Origin: a bacterium
GTDB lineage: Bacteria > Hinthialibacterota > Hinthialibacteria > Hinthialibacterales > Hinthialibacteraceae
DNA length: 44,888 nucleotides
Reading direction: 5' to 3'
Assembly: GCA_041946805.1 (NCBI GenBank)
Contig: JBHGBC010000029.1
Location: forward strand, 1 to 44,888
Part shown: positions 19,305-27,588 of the stretch, piece by piece
How the letters are laid out: the number at the start of each line of letters is the position of its first letter
Numbering within the stretch: position 1 is the stretch's first letter
Position numbers and translations under genes: made by a program
Notes under the pieces: generated by a model
Database searches by the model: none
What the model saw: only the letters and a program-made list of their open reading frames with translations
Told to the model about the DNA's origin: nothing

Positions 19305-21008
19305 ATGTCATTTGAGGACGTCAAGCGTGACAGCCGGCGCCTGCGGGGAAATCTGGCGGAGGACCTGCAATCCGGCGGGGCCCATTTTCACGAAGAAAAC
19401 GTACAGCTGTTGAAGTTTCACGGCTCCTATCAGCAGGATGACCGGGACCAACGGGTGGAGCGCCGCAAGCAAAAACAGGACAAGGCGTTTATGTTCATGG
19501 TCCGCAGCAAGATTCCCGGGGGCATGCTCACCGCTCAGCAATACCTGACTCATGACCAGGTGGCCGGGAGCTACGGCAACGGCACGCTGCGCATCACCTC
19601 ACGGCAAGACATCCAGACGCACTTTGTCCTCAAGGGCGACCTCAAGGAGTGTATCGCCACGATCAATCGTTCGGGCATCACCACCTGGGGGGCATGCGGT
19701 GACGTGGTCCGAAACGTGGTGGCGTCCCCCATCCCCATCGATTCTCCTGTCCGGCGGGATATATGGCAATTGGCGCGGGAGTTAAAGGACGTGTTCGCGG
19801 CGCGCAGCCGGGCTTACAGCGAAATCTGGCTGGATGGCGAAAAAATCGATACAGGCGCCGAACTCGAAGAAGAGCCTATATACGGGGATGCTTACCTTCC
19901 CCGCAAATTCAAATTCGGCATCGCCGTGCCTCCCCGCAATGACATCGACGTGTACGCCAACGATTGCGGCCTTGTGCCTTATGCAAAAAACGGCCAGGTG
20001 GATGGTTACACGGTCCTGGTGGGGGGCGGCTTCGGCATGTCGCATGGGAACCGGAATACTTATCCCGCCCTGGCCAAGCCGCTGTTTTACGTTCCGCGTC
20101 CGCATGTGATCGAAGCCTGCAAGGCCATCGTGTCAGCCCAACGCGATCACGGCGACCGGACCGACCGCAAGCACGCGCGGCTGAAGTACCTCATTGACGA
20201 GCGTGGCGTCGATTGGTTCCGCCAGGAGGTCCTGGCGCGCATGGATTCCCGCGCCGAGGTCAGCGAGCCGAAACCTCTCTTTTGGACCACCGTATCCGAC
20301 ATGATGGGCTGGAACGAACAAGGCGACGGGCGGTGGTTCGTCTGCGTGTGGGTTCCCGACGGCCGGATCAAGGACACTGAATCCGTGCAATACCGCACCG
20401 CGTTCCGAATCCTGGCGGAGAAATACGGCTTTCCCATCCGGCTGACATCCAACTGCAACATCATCTTTCATGACATCCCGCCGGAACAGAAAGACGAAGT
20501 CGTCCAGATTTTGCGGGACCATCACATCCCTGATTCAGTTCCCATGACCGAAGCCCGCCGCATGGGGATGGCCTGCGTCGCCCTGCCGACCTGCGGCCTC
20601 GCCCTGGCCGAAAGCGAACGGGTTTTTCAGGAAATCCTGGACCCAATCGACGTGCATCTCCGCGAGCTGGGTCTGGAAAACGAGCCGATCCTCATCCGCA
20701 TGACCGGCTGCCCCAACGGCTGCGCCCGTCCTTACAATGCCGATATCGGCTTCGTGGGTAAATCCCATGGAAAGTATTTGATTTTCGTGGGCGGGTCGCA
20801 CCGCGGGGACCGCATGGCCGCCGTGGATAAGAAAATGGTGCTCCTGGAAGAAATTCCCACTGTGGTGCGCGGATACCTGGAAGAATATGCCCATCACCGG
20901 CAGCCCGGCGAGTCGTTCACCGATTACTGGGGACGAACCCGCAAACGGACCGGCGAAGCCCATCCCGAGCAATTCCATGCCCGGATCGAGGAAAGCACCG
21001 TGAGTTGA
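19305..21008 (+). CDS. cysI: Assimilatory sulfite reductase hemoprotein (siroheme, 4Fe-4S)
   Basis: LLKFHGSYQQDDRD, YLPRKFK, CVALPTC and GCPNGC siroheme/4Fe-4S ligands. Confidence 0.9.
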   Translation: MSFEDVKRDSRRLRGNLAEDLQSGGAHFHEENVQLLKFHGSYQQDDRDQRVERRKQKQDKAFMFMVRSKIPGGMLTAQQYLTHDQVAGSYGNGTLRITSRQDIQTHFVLKGDLKECIATINRSGITTWGACGDVVRNVVASPIPIDSPVRRDIWQLARELKDVFAARSRAYSEIWLDGEKIDTGAELEEEPIYGDAYLPRKFKFGIAVPPRNDIDVYANDCGLVPYAKNGQVDGYTVLVGGGFGMSHGNRNTYPALAKPLFYVPRPHVIEACKAIVSAQRDHGDRTDRKHARLKYLIDERGVDWFRQEVLARMDSRAEVSEPKPLFWTTVSDMMGWNEQGDGRWFVCVWVPDGRIKDTESVQYRTAFRILAEKYGFPIRLTSNCNIIFHDIPPEQKDEVVQILRDHHIPDSVPMTEARRMGMACVALPTCGLALAESERVFQEILDPIDVHLRELGLENEPILIRMTGCPNGCARPYNADIGFVGKSHGKYLIFVGGSHRGDRMAAVDKKMVLLEEIPTVVRGYLEEYAHHRQPGESFTDYWGRTRKRTGEAHPEQFHARIEESTVS

Positions 21009-21071
21009 GAATTGAAATTCGGCCGCACTGCATTTCCGTGAAAAGTTGTCTTGTATCGCGCGTATTTGAAA

Positions 21072-21275
21072 GGTTCATCCGATAAGTGCGTACCGGATGG
21101 TGTAAAATTGATTTCATTCACCCCGGGATGAGGGTGGACTTCCAGGTCCGCACCGACCTAAATTCCCTCGCCCTCTCCCAGAGGGAGAGGGGATATTGGG
21201 GGTGGTTTTCATCGGTCCCTTCAACGAGCCGCGAGTTGGCCATTTGATGAAAAGTACGCACTGGCCGGATGAGCC
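21072..21275 (+). mobile_element. MITE family 1, complete copy (204 bp)
   Basis: TIRs GGTTCATCCGATAAGTGCGTAC / GTACGCACTGGCCGGATGAGCC (18/22 match); exact 8-bp flanking direct repeat ATTTGAAA (21064-21071, 21276-21283); colinear with 27188-27397. Confidence 0.85.
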
Positions 21276-21499
21276 ATTTGAAATATCCTAACCCCTCCCC
21301 CGTGTGTTGGGCTTGGCAAACCGTTTGCGATAGGATTCACACCAGAATCAGTCGAGGACACGGTATGAGTGTATTTGTAATTTTATAAAAAAAATATAGT
21401 GGTCAATTGGAGATGGATACAATAAAATCAACCTTGCAGCCGTGAAATCCGATAATGGCATGAAATCGATTTTCATTGAATGTTGAGGGATTGTAAATC

Positions 21500-22903
21500 A
21501 TGTCCAACCGGCCCTTGGTGTGGGTCTTATCCACCATCCGGTCCAGGGAAATGCCGGACCGGATACGCTTGTGTCATCTATTCGTTATCGTGTTGTTCCT
21601 GGCGGCGGCCGTTTCATCCAACGCGCAAAATATCAACAATCCCCAGATTTTTACGGATCCCGCGTTTCGGCTGTATGTGGAAGAATACATGGGGGTCGCG
21701 CACGACGCCCCGTTTACCCGGTTTGAGACGGAGCAGAAAACCGAGCCGTTCCAGTGCGCGGACCGGAACATCAAAAGCCTGAAAGGCATTGAATATTTTC
21801 CGAACATCACGGGACTCCATTGCAGCAGCAACGGCATTTCCGAGCTCAACATTTCGCAGAACCGGGAGTTGCGCATCTTGGATGGCCGGGCCAACAATTT
21901 GACCAGCCTGAATGTCAGCCATCTCACGAAGCTCGAAAAACTGATTGTCGCGGACAATTCTCTGTCCGAGTTGGATTTGACCCAAAACACCCTCTTGATC
22001 ACGCTGGACTGCGTGGAGAACCAGCTGATCCGTCTCGATTTATCCAACAATCCCCAATTGGTGGAAGTGCATTGCAACAGCAACCGGTTGACGGAACTGG
22101 ATGCCACCCACTGCCTGGCGCTTACAACCCTGATTTGTTTCAAAAACCAGTTGATGGAGATAAACCTGTCGAACAACAATCTGCTGCGCATCCTTTTCTG
22201 TTATGAGAATCAACTCCGCACCGTGAATCTTCCTCCCCGGGGCGCGTTGGTGACTTTGCTGGCGCAGAAGAACCGGCTGGAGGATGTTTCCTCGTGGGTG
22301 AACATCAATCATCCGCTCGAACGAATCGATCTTCGCTACAACGACCTCGAATGCGGGGACCGGGAGGCGATCGAGGATTTGCGTACCAATCACGGACTGG
22401 GAGAACCGGAATTCAACAATGGAGACCTGATCGCCGGACTCTCGGGATTCACACTGAGCGACGCGAACGGGGACGGGATTCCGGATATCGTGGTGGTTCC
22501 CTTCGACGGCACGATCCGGATGATCACCTATCAGAACAACCGGCTGACGCCGGTGACCATCGGGAATCTGGGGGAATACGCCAAACATGAGGACGTTTTG
22601 ATCGCGGACATCGATCTGGATGGCCTGCAAGACCTGCTCGTGGCGAGTTATCCCAAGAGCGGCGATACCCGATTTGAACAGATCAGCGTGGTCTGTGGGG
22701 AAAAGCCGGGAGAGTTCAAGGAGGAGGTGACCTTTTCCACCACGCGGCCCAGCACGTTCTTTCCGCTCCGGCTGGGAGCCATCGATTTCAACCGGGATGG
22801 GCTGAAAGACATCTTTCTCCTGGACATCGCCCCCCGGGAAGCCATCCTGTTCCTCAACCGATCGGAAAACGCCACTTCCATCCCCGATTGGAGGCTATGG
22901 TGA
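21500..22903 (+). CDS. Secreted leucine-rich repeat protein with C-terminal FG-GAP/VCBS-like repeats
   Basis: Signal peptide; repeated LxxLxCxxNxLxxLDLS; DANGDGIPD, DIDLDGLQD, DFNRDGLKD. The start may be ATG 21551. Confidence 0.85.
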   Translation: MSNRPLVWVLSTIRSREMPDRIRLCHLFVIVLFLAAAVSSNAQNINNPQIFTDPAFRLYVEEYMGVAHDAPFTRFETEQKTEPFQCADRNIKSLKGIEYFPNITGLHCSSNGISELNISQNRELRILDGRANNLTSLNVSHLTKLEKLIVADNSLSELDLTQNTLLITLDCVENQLIRLDLSNNPQLVEVHCNSNRLTELDATHCLALTTLICFKNQLMEINLSNNNLLRILFCYENQLRTVNLPPRGALVTLLAQKNRLEDVSSWVNINHPLERIDLRYNDLECGDREAIEDLRTNHGLGEPEFNNGDLIAGLSGFTLSDANGDGIPDIVVVPFDGTIRMITYQNNRLTPVTIGNLGEYAKHEDVLIADIDLDGLQDLLVASYPKSGDTRFEQISVVCGEKPGEFKEEVTFSTTRPSTFFPLRLGAIDFNRDGLKDIFLLDIAPREAILFLNRSENATSIPDWRLW

Positions 22904-22945
22904 CTTTTCCGCGGTCCGGGGCGGAAATCCCGGCGATCATCCAAA

Positions 22946-25783
22946 TCAGGGATTATCATCCAGGCGGGATGACTGGTACTCGACCGGGCCGGCCGTGGAG
23001 TAAGGCCTGTAAAACGGCGGCGATCCGCCGGCCGTCAAGATGAAGATCAAGAATTGATAGGAATGGCCGAATTGCGGCCCTTCCACGAATTCCGGACCGG
23101 TCCGCGGTTCCCCCGCCCGCCATTCCCATACGGTATCATTCCCGTTTCCGGTCCGGCCCAGATACCGGGCGGGTACCTGGGAATCCATAATCACGTACAC
23201 ATGCGTATCCGCCGCGTCCGCCAGGCCGTGGTTCCAACGAATGACCAAGGAGCGATTCGCTTCGGCATCCCGGTCCACGCCGCCGCTGAGATCGTCGAAC
23301 GAGGCCGGATCATCGGTCACGCGCACGGTATCCAAAGGCACCGTGGGCGCCGGCGTGGGGTTCGGCGTGGAGGCAGGAGAAGGGGTTGGCGTGGCCGTGG
23401 GGGTGGCCGCCGGGCTGGGAGCCGGCGTTGCCTCGAATTCCTCCAAAAATTCGACCGGCAGCGATGTGCCATAGGGTCCCAACACGCGGGGTGTCCCGTT
23501 GGAGCGCAAGAGATACACCTCAAACCGGTATCGGTCTCCAAACCGCGGGCCAAACAAAAACGTGGGATGGAGCGAGATACCGTTGGTTTTCCATTCAAAA
23601 AAATCCACGCCGCCTTCGGCCGTGCGTCCGAGAAACCGGGCGAACGGTTCGTCGTTCATCCAGACGTAAATATGAACATCGTCCACACCTTCCTGGGGGA
23701 GATTCCACCGGATGACCAGCGCGCGGTCTCCCTCCCGGTCGAAGTCCCTATCCCCGCTTAGATCACGGTAATCCAGGAGAGAGTCCGTCACGATCACGGT
23801 GTTGGGGGGTGTGGTGGGTTTGATCGTGGGCGTGGCAGTAGGGGGAACCACCGTGGGGGTGGGGGCCGGATCCGTTCCCTCCTGATAAAAAACCGGCCCC
23901 GCGGTGATGAATGGTCCATAGAAACGAGGCGAACCGCTTAGCGTCAACGCGAAAACCAGGAACCGGTAGGCGTTGCCAAACTCGGGGCCGCCGATCCATT
24001 GGAGATGGAGCCGGGGGGCATTGGCTTTCCATTCGAAATGATCCGCCGCGCCTCCGCCCGTGCGTCCCAGGTAGGCTGGCCGGCCGCTGTCATTCACTTC
24101 GACATATACGTGATAATCGGCCACGCCGGACAATCCGAGATTCCACCGGATGACCAGGCTCCGTTCCGCGGCTTCATCCCGGTCCACACCCGGGCTGAGA
24201 TCCTCGAACATCAGCAGGGAATCCGTGACGATCACCCGGCCCGGTGGCGTCGTGGGGGAGGGGGCCGGCGTAGTGGTGGCGGCCGGCGTGGCCGTGGGAG
24301 CCGCGGTGGGTGAGGGACTGGGTGTGGCTGCCGGCGTCCACGTGGGGGAGGGAACCGGAATAGCGGTAGCCGTGGGCGTAGATGTGATCGTAGGAGTGGA
24401 TGTGAACGTGGCCGTGGGGGTAAAGGTTTCGGTGGGAGAGGGTGTGGGTGAAGCCGTGGGCGTGGCGGTGGGCTCCGGAGTTGCCGTGGCCGTGGGAGTC
24501 CGGGTGGCCGTGGGAGTCAAGGTGTCGGTGGGAGACGGTGTGGCTGTGGGGATTGGGGTGACCGCAGGTGTGGGGACTGCTGGCGTCATCGTGATGCGCG
24601 AGACCATTCCCCCTTTCCCCGACGGTCCCGAATTGGGGCTGCTGAGAACATACAATTCGCCGGCTTCGTCTTCCACAAAGCCCAGAACATAAAAGGGCGA
24701 AGGCTGGTTCTCGACCTGGAATTCAACCAGGTTCCATTGATTCACTCCGGCTTCTTCCAGGTAAAACAACTTTCCCAGCCAATCACCGAAAACGTATTTG
24801 CCATACAGCCCGGGATATTGCCGTCCCCGGTAGACATATCCGCCGGTGATGGAAATTCCCACATCGTGGCTGTACCAGGCGACCGGCAGAATTTTGCCGG
24901 TGGTATCGCAAGCCTCGTCCGGATCATAGCAAAACGCGGCTTCCATCACCCGCCAGCCGTAGTTGCCGCCCCGTTCGATGAGGTTGATCTCCTCATACCG
25001 GTTTTGGCCGACATCCGCGCAGAACAACCTCCCGGTGAGCCGGTCGAAGGAGAATTTCCAGGGATTGCGCAAGCCGAAGGCCCAGATTTCGTCCCGCCCC
25101 ACTCGGCCGATGAAGGGATTGTCATCCGGCACGGAGTACGGATCCGCGCCGTCCACATCGATCCGCAGAATCGAACCCAGCAGGGTGGTGACATCCTGGC
25201 CGTTGCCGATGGTTCCGTGCCGGTCCCCCGCGCCGCCGCCGTCACCCAGCCCAATATACAAATAGCCGTCCGGGCCGAAGACCAGATTTCCGCCGTTGTG
25301 GTTGGATTCGGGTTGATCGACGGTCAGGATCACGCGTTCATCGGAAGCGGCCCGGTTGGGATCGTCCGCCGAAACGTGATATTCCGCCACCACCGAATGA
25401 TGATTGCCGATTCCACCCGGGGCGGAATAATAGACGAAAAAACGGCCGTTTTCGGCATACAGGGGATGAAACGCCAATCCCAACAGCCCGCGTTCATCGT
25501 ATGCCGGACTGATCCGCACTAGTTTATCCCGGACATCCAAAAACGGATCTTCCCGCAATACGCCGTTCTCGATAATCCGGACGCGGCCGGTCTGTTCCGC
25601 CACGAAAATCCGCCCGCGGCCATCTCCGGCGTGCGCCCCCGCGACGGGAGCGGTCAATCCGCCGGCGACGGGTTCCAGGATGATGGTGGAAGGCTGCGCG
25701 TATCCGCCTCGCGCCAGGATTCCCAGTGAGAGCGCCAACCAGCATCCCCAAAGAAAAGGCTCATACCCAATACGGTCACGCAT
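22946..25783 (-). CDS. Secreted glucose/sorbosone (PQQ-dependent sugar) dehydrogenase-like protein with Pro/Thr linkers and three copies of an unassigned ~120-aa domain
   Basis: ERGLLGLAFHP, NHNGGNLVFGPDGYLY, GLRNPW, GGNYGW; start set at ATG 25783 with GGAGG. Confidence 0.85.
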   Translation of the reverse strand: MRDRIGYEPFLWGCWLALSLGILARGGYAQPSTIILEPVAGGLTAPVAGAHAGDGRGRIFVAEQTGRVRIIENGVLREDPFLDVRDKLVRISPAYDERGLLGLAFHPLYAENGRFFVYYSAPGGIGNHHSVVAEYHVSADDPNRAASDERVILTVDQPESNHNGGNLVFGPDGYLYIGLGDGGGAGDRHGTIGNGQDVTTLLGSILRIDVDGADPYSVPDDNPFIGRVGRDEIWAFGLRNPWKFSFDRLTGRLFCADVGQNRYEEINLIERGGNYGWRVMEAAFCYDPDEACDTTGKILPVAWYSHDVGISITGGYVYRGRQYPGLYGKYVFGDWLGKLFYLEEAGVNQWNLVEFQVENQPSPFYVLGFVEDEAGELYVLSSPNSGPSGKGGMVSRITMTPAVPTPAVTPIPTATPSPTDTLTPTATRTPTATATPEPTATPTASPTPSPTETFTPTATFTSTPTITSTPTATAIPVPSPTWTPAATPSPSPTAAPTATPAATTTPAPSPTTPPGRVIVTDSLLMFEDLSPGVDRDEAAERSLVIRWNLGLSGVADYHVYVEVNDSGRPAYLGRTGGGAADHFEWKANAPRLHLQWIGGPEFGNAYRFLVFALTLSGSPRFYGPFITAGPVFYQEGTDPAPTPTVVPPTATPTIKPTTPPNTVIVTDSLLDYRDLSGDRDFDREGDRALVIRWNLPQEGVDDVHIYVWMNDEPFARFLGRTAEGGVDFFEWKTNGISLHPTFLFGPRFGDRYRFEVYLLRSNGTPRVLGPYGTSLPVEFLEEFEATPAPSPAATPTATPTPSPASTPNPTPAPTVPLDTVRVTDDPASFDDLSGGVDRDAEANRSLVIRWNHGLADAADTHVYVIMDSQVPARYLGRTGNGNDTVWEWRAGEPRTGPEFVEGPQFGHSYQFLIFILTAGGSPPFYRPYSTAGPVEYQSSRLDDNP

Positions 25784-25919
25784 CGCGCCGAATTCCTCCG
25801 GTTTTTTGCTGCAAGGGTCTTCCGGCAAGCGAACGCGAATCTCCAGGGAAGGGCGCCCGGGAACCCTATTTTCACGGGATGTGCGATAACTTTGTATTTA
25901 TCAGGACGGCGGCCGGGAC

Positions 25920-26360
25920 TTATCCGCGGCAGTATTTTCCCCGCCCGGCTTTTTGAACCGTCCCTTTTCCCACTTGTTTGCCCAGTTCGATATACAAGAT
26001 CCGCCGGGGATCCTTCGATTTGCTCTGAAAACCGCGCTGGACCAGTTTTTCCAGGATTTCTTCAATTCCCATGGGCTGGTCGCCGAGCACTTCCGACAGC
26101 ATATCGCCGAGAGGCAAGCGCCGCGGCCGGCCCCGCCCGCGCTTCGGCTGCACCGGGGCCGGTGGCGCTGCCGTTTCCTGGCGTTCCGTCTTTTCCAGGG
26201 CGCCTGAACCCGGCCATGAACCCATCAGCCGGTTCATGGTGATTCTCAGTCCCTCGAGACCCGACTCGATGTCGCGCTGCACTTTTTCCTGCACCAGGGA
26301 GAGCAGTTCATCGAGTGAGTACGATTCCAAAATGCTTTTTTCAGTAGGCCGCAGTGACAT
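25920..26360 (-). CDS. Small basic DNA-binding protein (N-terminal helical region, AT-hook, C-terminal winged helix)
   Basis: KRGRGRPRR AT-hook; PMGIEEILEKL..RGFQS....GRGKY wHTH-like tail; GAGGA upstream of ATG 26360. Confidence 0.7.
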   Translation of the reverse strand: MSLRPTEKSILESYSLDELLSLVQEKVQRDIESGLEGLRITMNRLMGSWPGSGALEKTERQETAAPPAPVQPKRGRGRPRRLPLGDMLSEVLGDQPMGIEEILEKLVQRGFQSKSKDPRRILYIELGKQVGKGTVQKAGRGKYCRG

Positions 26361-26760
26361 CAGCAATCCTCGCTTCCTGCCATGGCTCTCCTCCCGAACC
26401 GTGCCGCGTGAGGAGAATCGTGATGATGTTGAAGTGAATGGATGAATCGGGATGTATGGTCATTCACACGTTAAAAACATGAAAAAGACTACAACAAAAA
26501 AGATCATGGTTAAGCCCCATGAACGCATTCTCGTATCAATCTTATTTTTCGGGAAGGCTGAATCGATGATCTTTCTTGAGGAAAAGACCTGCGAACAGGT
26601 GGCGGCCGTGGATTTGTTTTCACCCGGATCCACGGCCGGAGGGGGAGTGGAATGGGCTGGAAACAGGATGGTCAGGATGAGCAAAAGGGCCGGGATAATG
26701 GTGGATGATGTCCGCTGATCCGTCCTGCGTTTTCCGGGTGGACATTAAGGTCAGCCCCTA

Positions 26761-26844
26761 GCGCCCCAGGGGCGTTGCCCCTGGCTAACCTATTTCGCCC
26801 TTCCAGGGTTTGTCTCACCCTGATCCACTCCCAAAGGTAGAGGG
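26761..26844 (+). repeat. CCAGGGGCGTTGCCCCTGG palindrome plus degenerate BoxC-like core
   Basis: Shares the CGCCC(T)TTCAGGG-core module with 137-184 and 29460-29508. Confidence 0.65.
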
Positions 26845-26997
26845 TTGGGGTGAATCCCTCGGGCCTGATCCATAGGAAACCGATTATCTCTTTGGAGAAT
26901 GTACGAGCAGGTTGGCCGAGCCGTAAATCGTTCGAGTCGAAATCACAATAGAATCCGGGGTTCATGCCTGCCGGATCGGCCAAAAATATCAGACGGG

Positions 26998-27026
26998 TTG
27001 ACAAAAGATCATTTCCAGGCAAAATT
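26998..27026 (+). promoter_or_regulatory. Putative sigma70 promoter of tRNA-Glu
   Basis: Perfect TTGACA, then CAAAAT/AAAATT 16-17 bp downstream, about 20 bp before the tRNA. Confidence 0.5.
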
Positions 27027-27046
27027 CCCATCGGTTTACTGAACGA

Positions 27047-27119
27047 GTCTCCATCGTCTAGGGGCCGAGGACACCGCCCTTTCACGGCGGTAACGGGGGT
27101 TCGAATCCCCCTGGAGACG
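27047..27119 (+). tRNA. tRNA-Glu (TTC)
   Basis: Acceptor stem GTCTCCA/TGGAGAC, anticodon arm CCGCC-CTTTCAC-GGCGG, T arm GGGGG-TTCGAAT-CCCCC; CCA not encoded. Confidence 0.97.
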
Positions 27120-27187
27120 GTTTTTCCTTTCTGCTTCCCCCCTTCCCTTGCAGTTCGTGATTTCCAATATAAAAATTGGAATTAAAA

Positions 27188-27397
27188 GGTTCATCCGGGA
27201 AGTGCGTACATCATGAGGTAAAATTGATTCCATTCACGCCGGGATGAGGGTGGAGACCAAGGTCCGCCCCTCCAAAAATTCCTTCCCCCCAATTCCCTCT
27301 CCCCGAGGGAGAGGGAATTGGGGGGGGTTATCATCGATCCCTTCGAAGAGATGCGAACCGGCGATCTGATAAAAAGCCCGCACTTGCCGGATGAGCC
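27188..27397 (+). mobile_element. MITE family 1, complete copy downstream of tRNA-Glu
   Basis: TIRs GGTTCATCCGGGAAGTGCG / CGCACTTGCCGGATGAGCC; interior homologous to 21072-21275; ATTAAAA on both flanks. Confidence 0.8.
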
Positions 27398-27588
27398 CTA
27401 TTAAAAAACTGGAATTAAAAGACATATCCACCATACCTTCGAAATGGATTGCATTGTCCCTGTAACCTGCCGTTTCGTGGTCGTTTTCCGGATGGTTTGA
27501 TACTCTTCTATTCAACTATTCATTGAACTGAAGAGTATTGCAGTTATTACCGGCATTCATTTAAGACTCAAGGGGGGAAAATCGAATC

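Noticed and set aside
24243..24590. Repetitive GTGGCCGTGGG-type DNA
   Set aside because: Explained by the Pro/Thr linker of the dehydrogenase-like protein.
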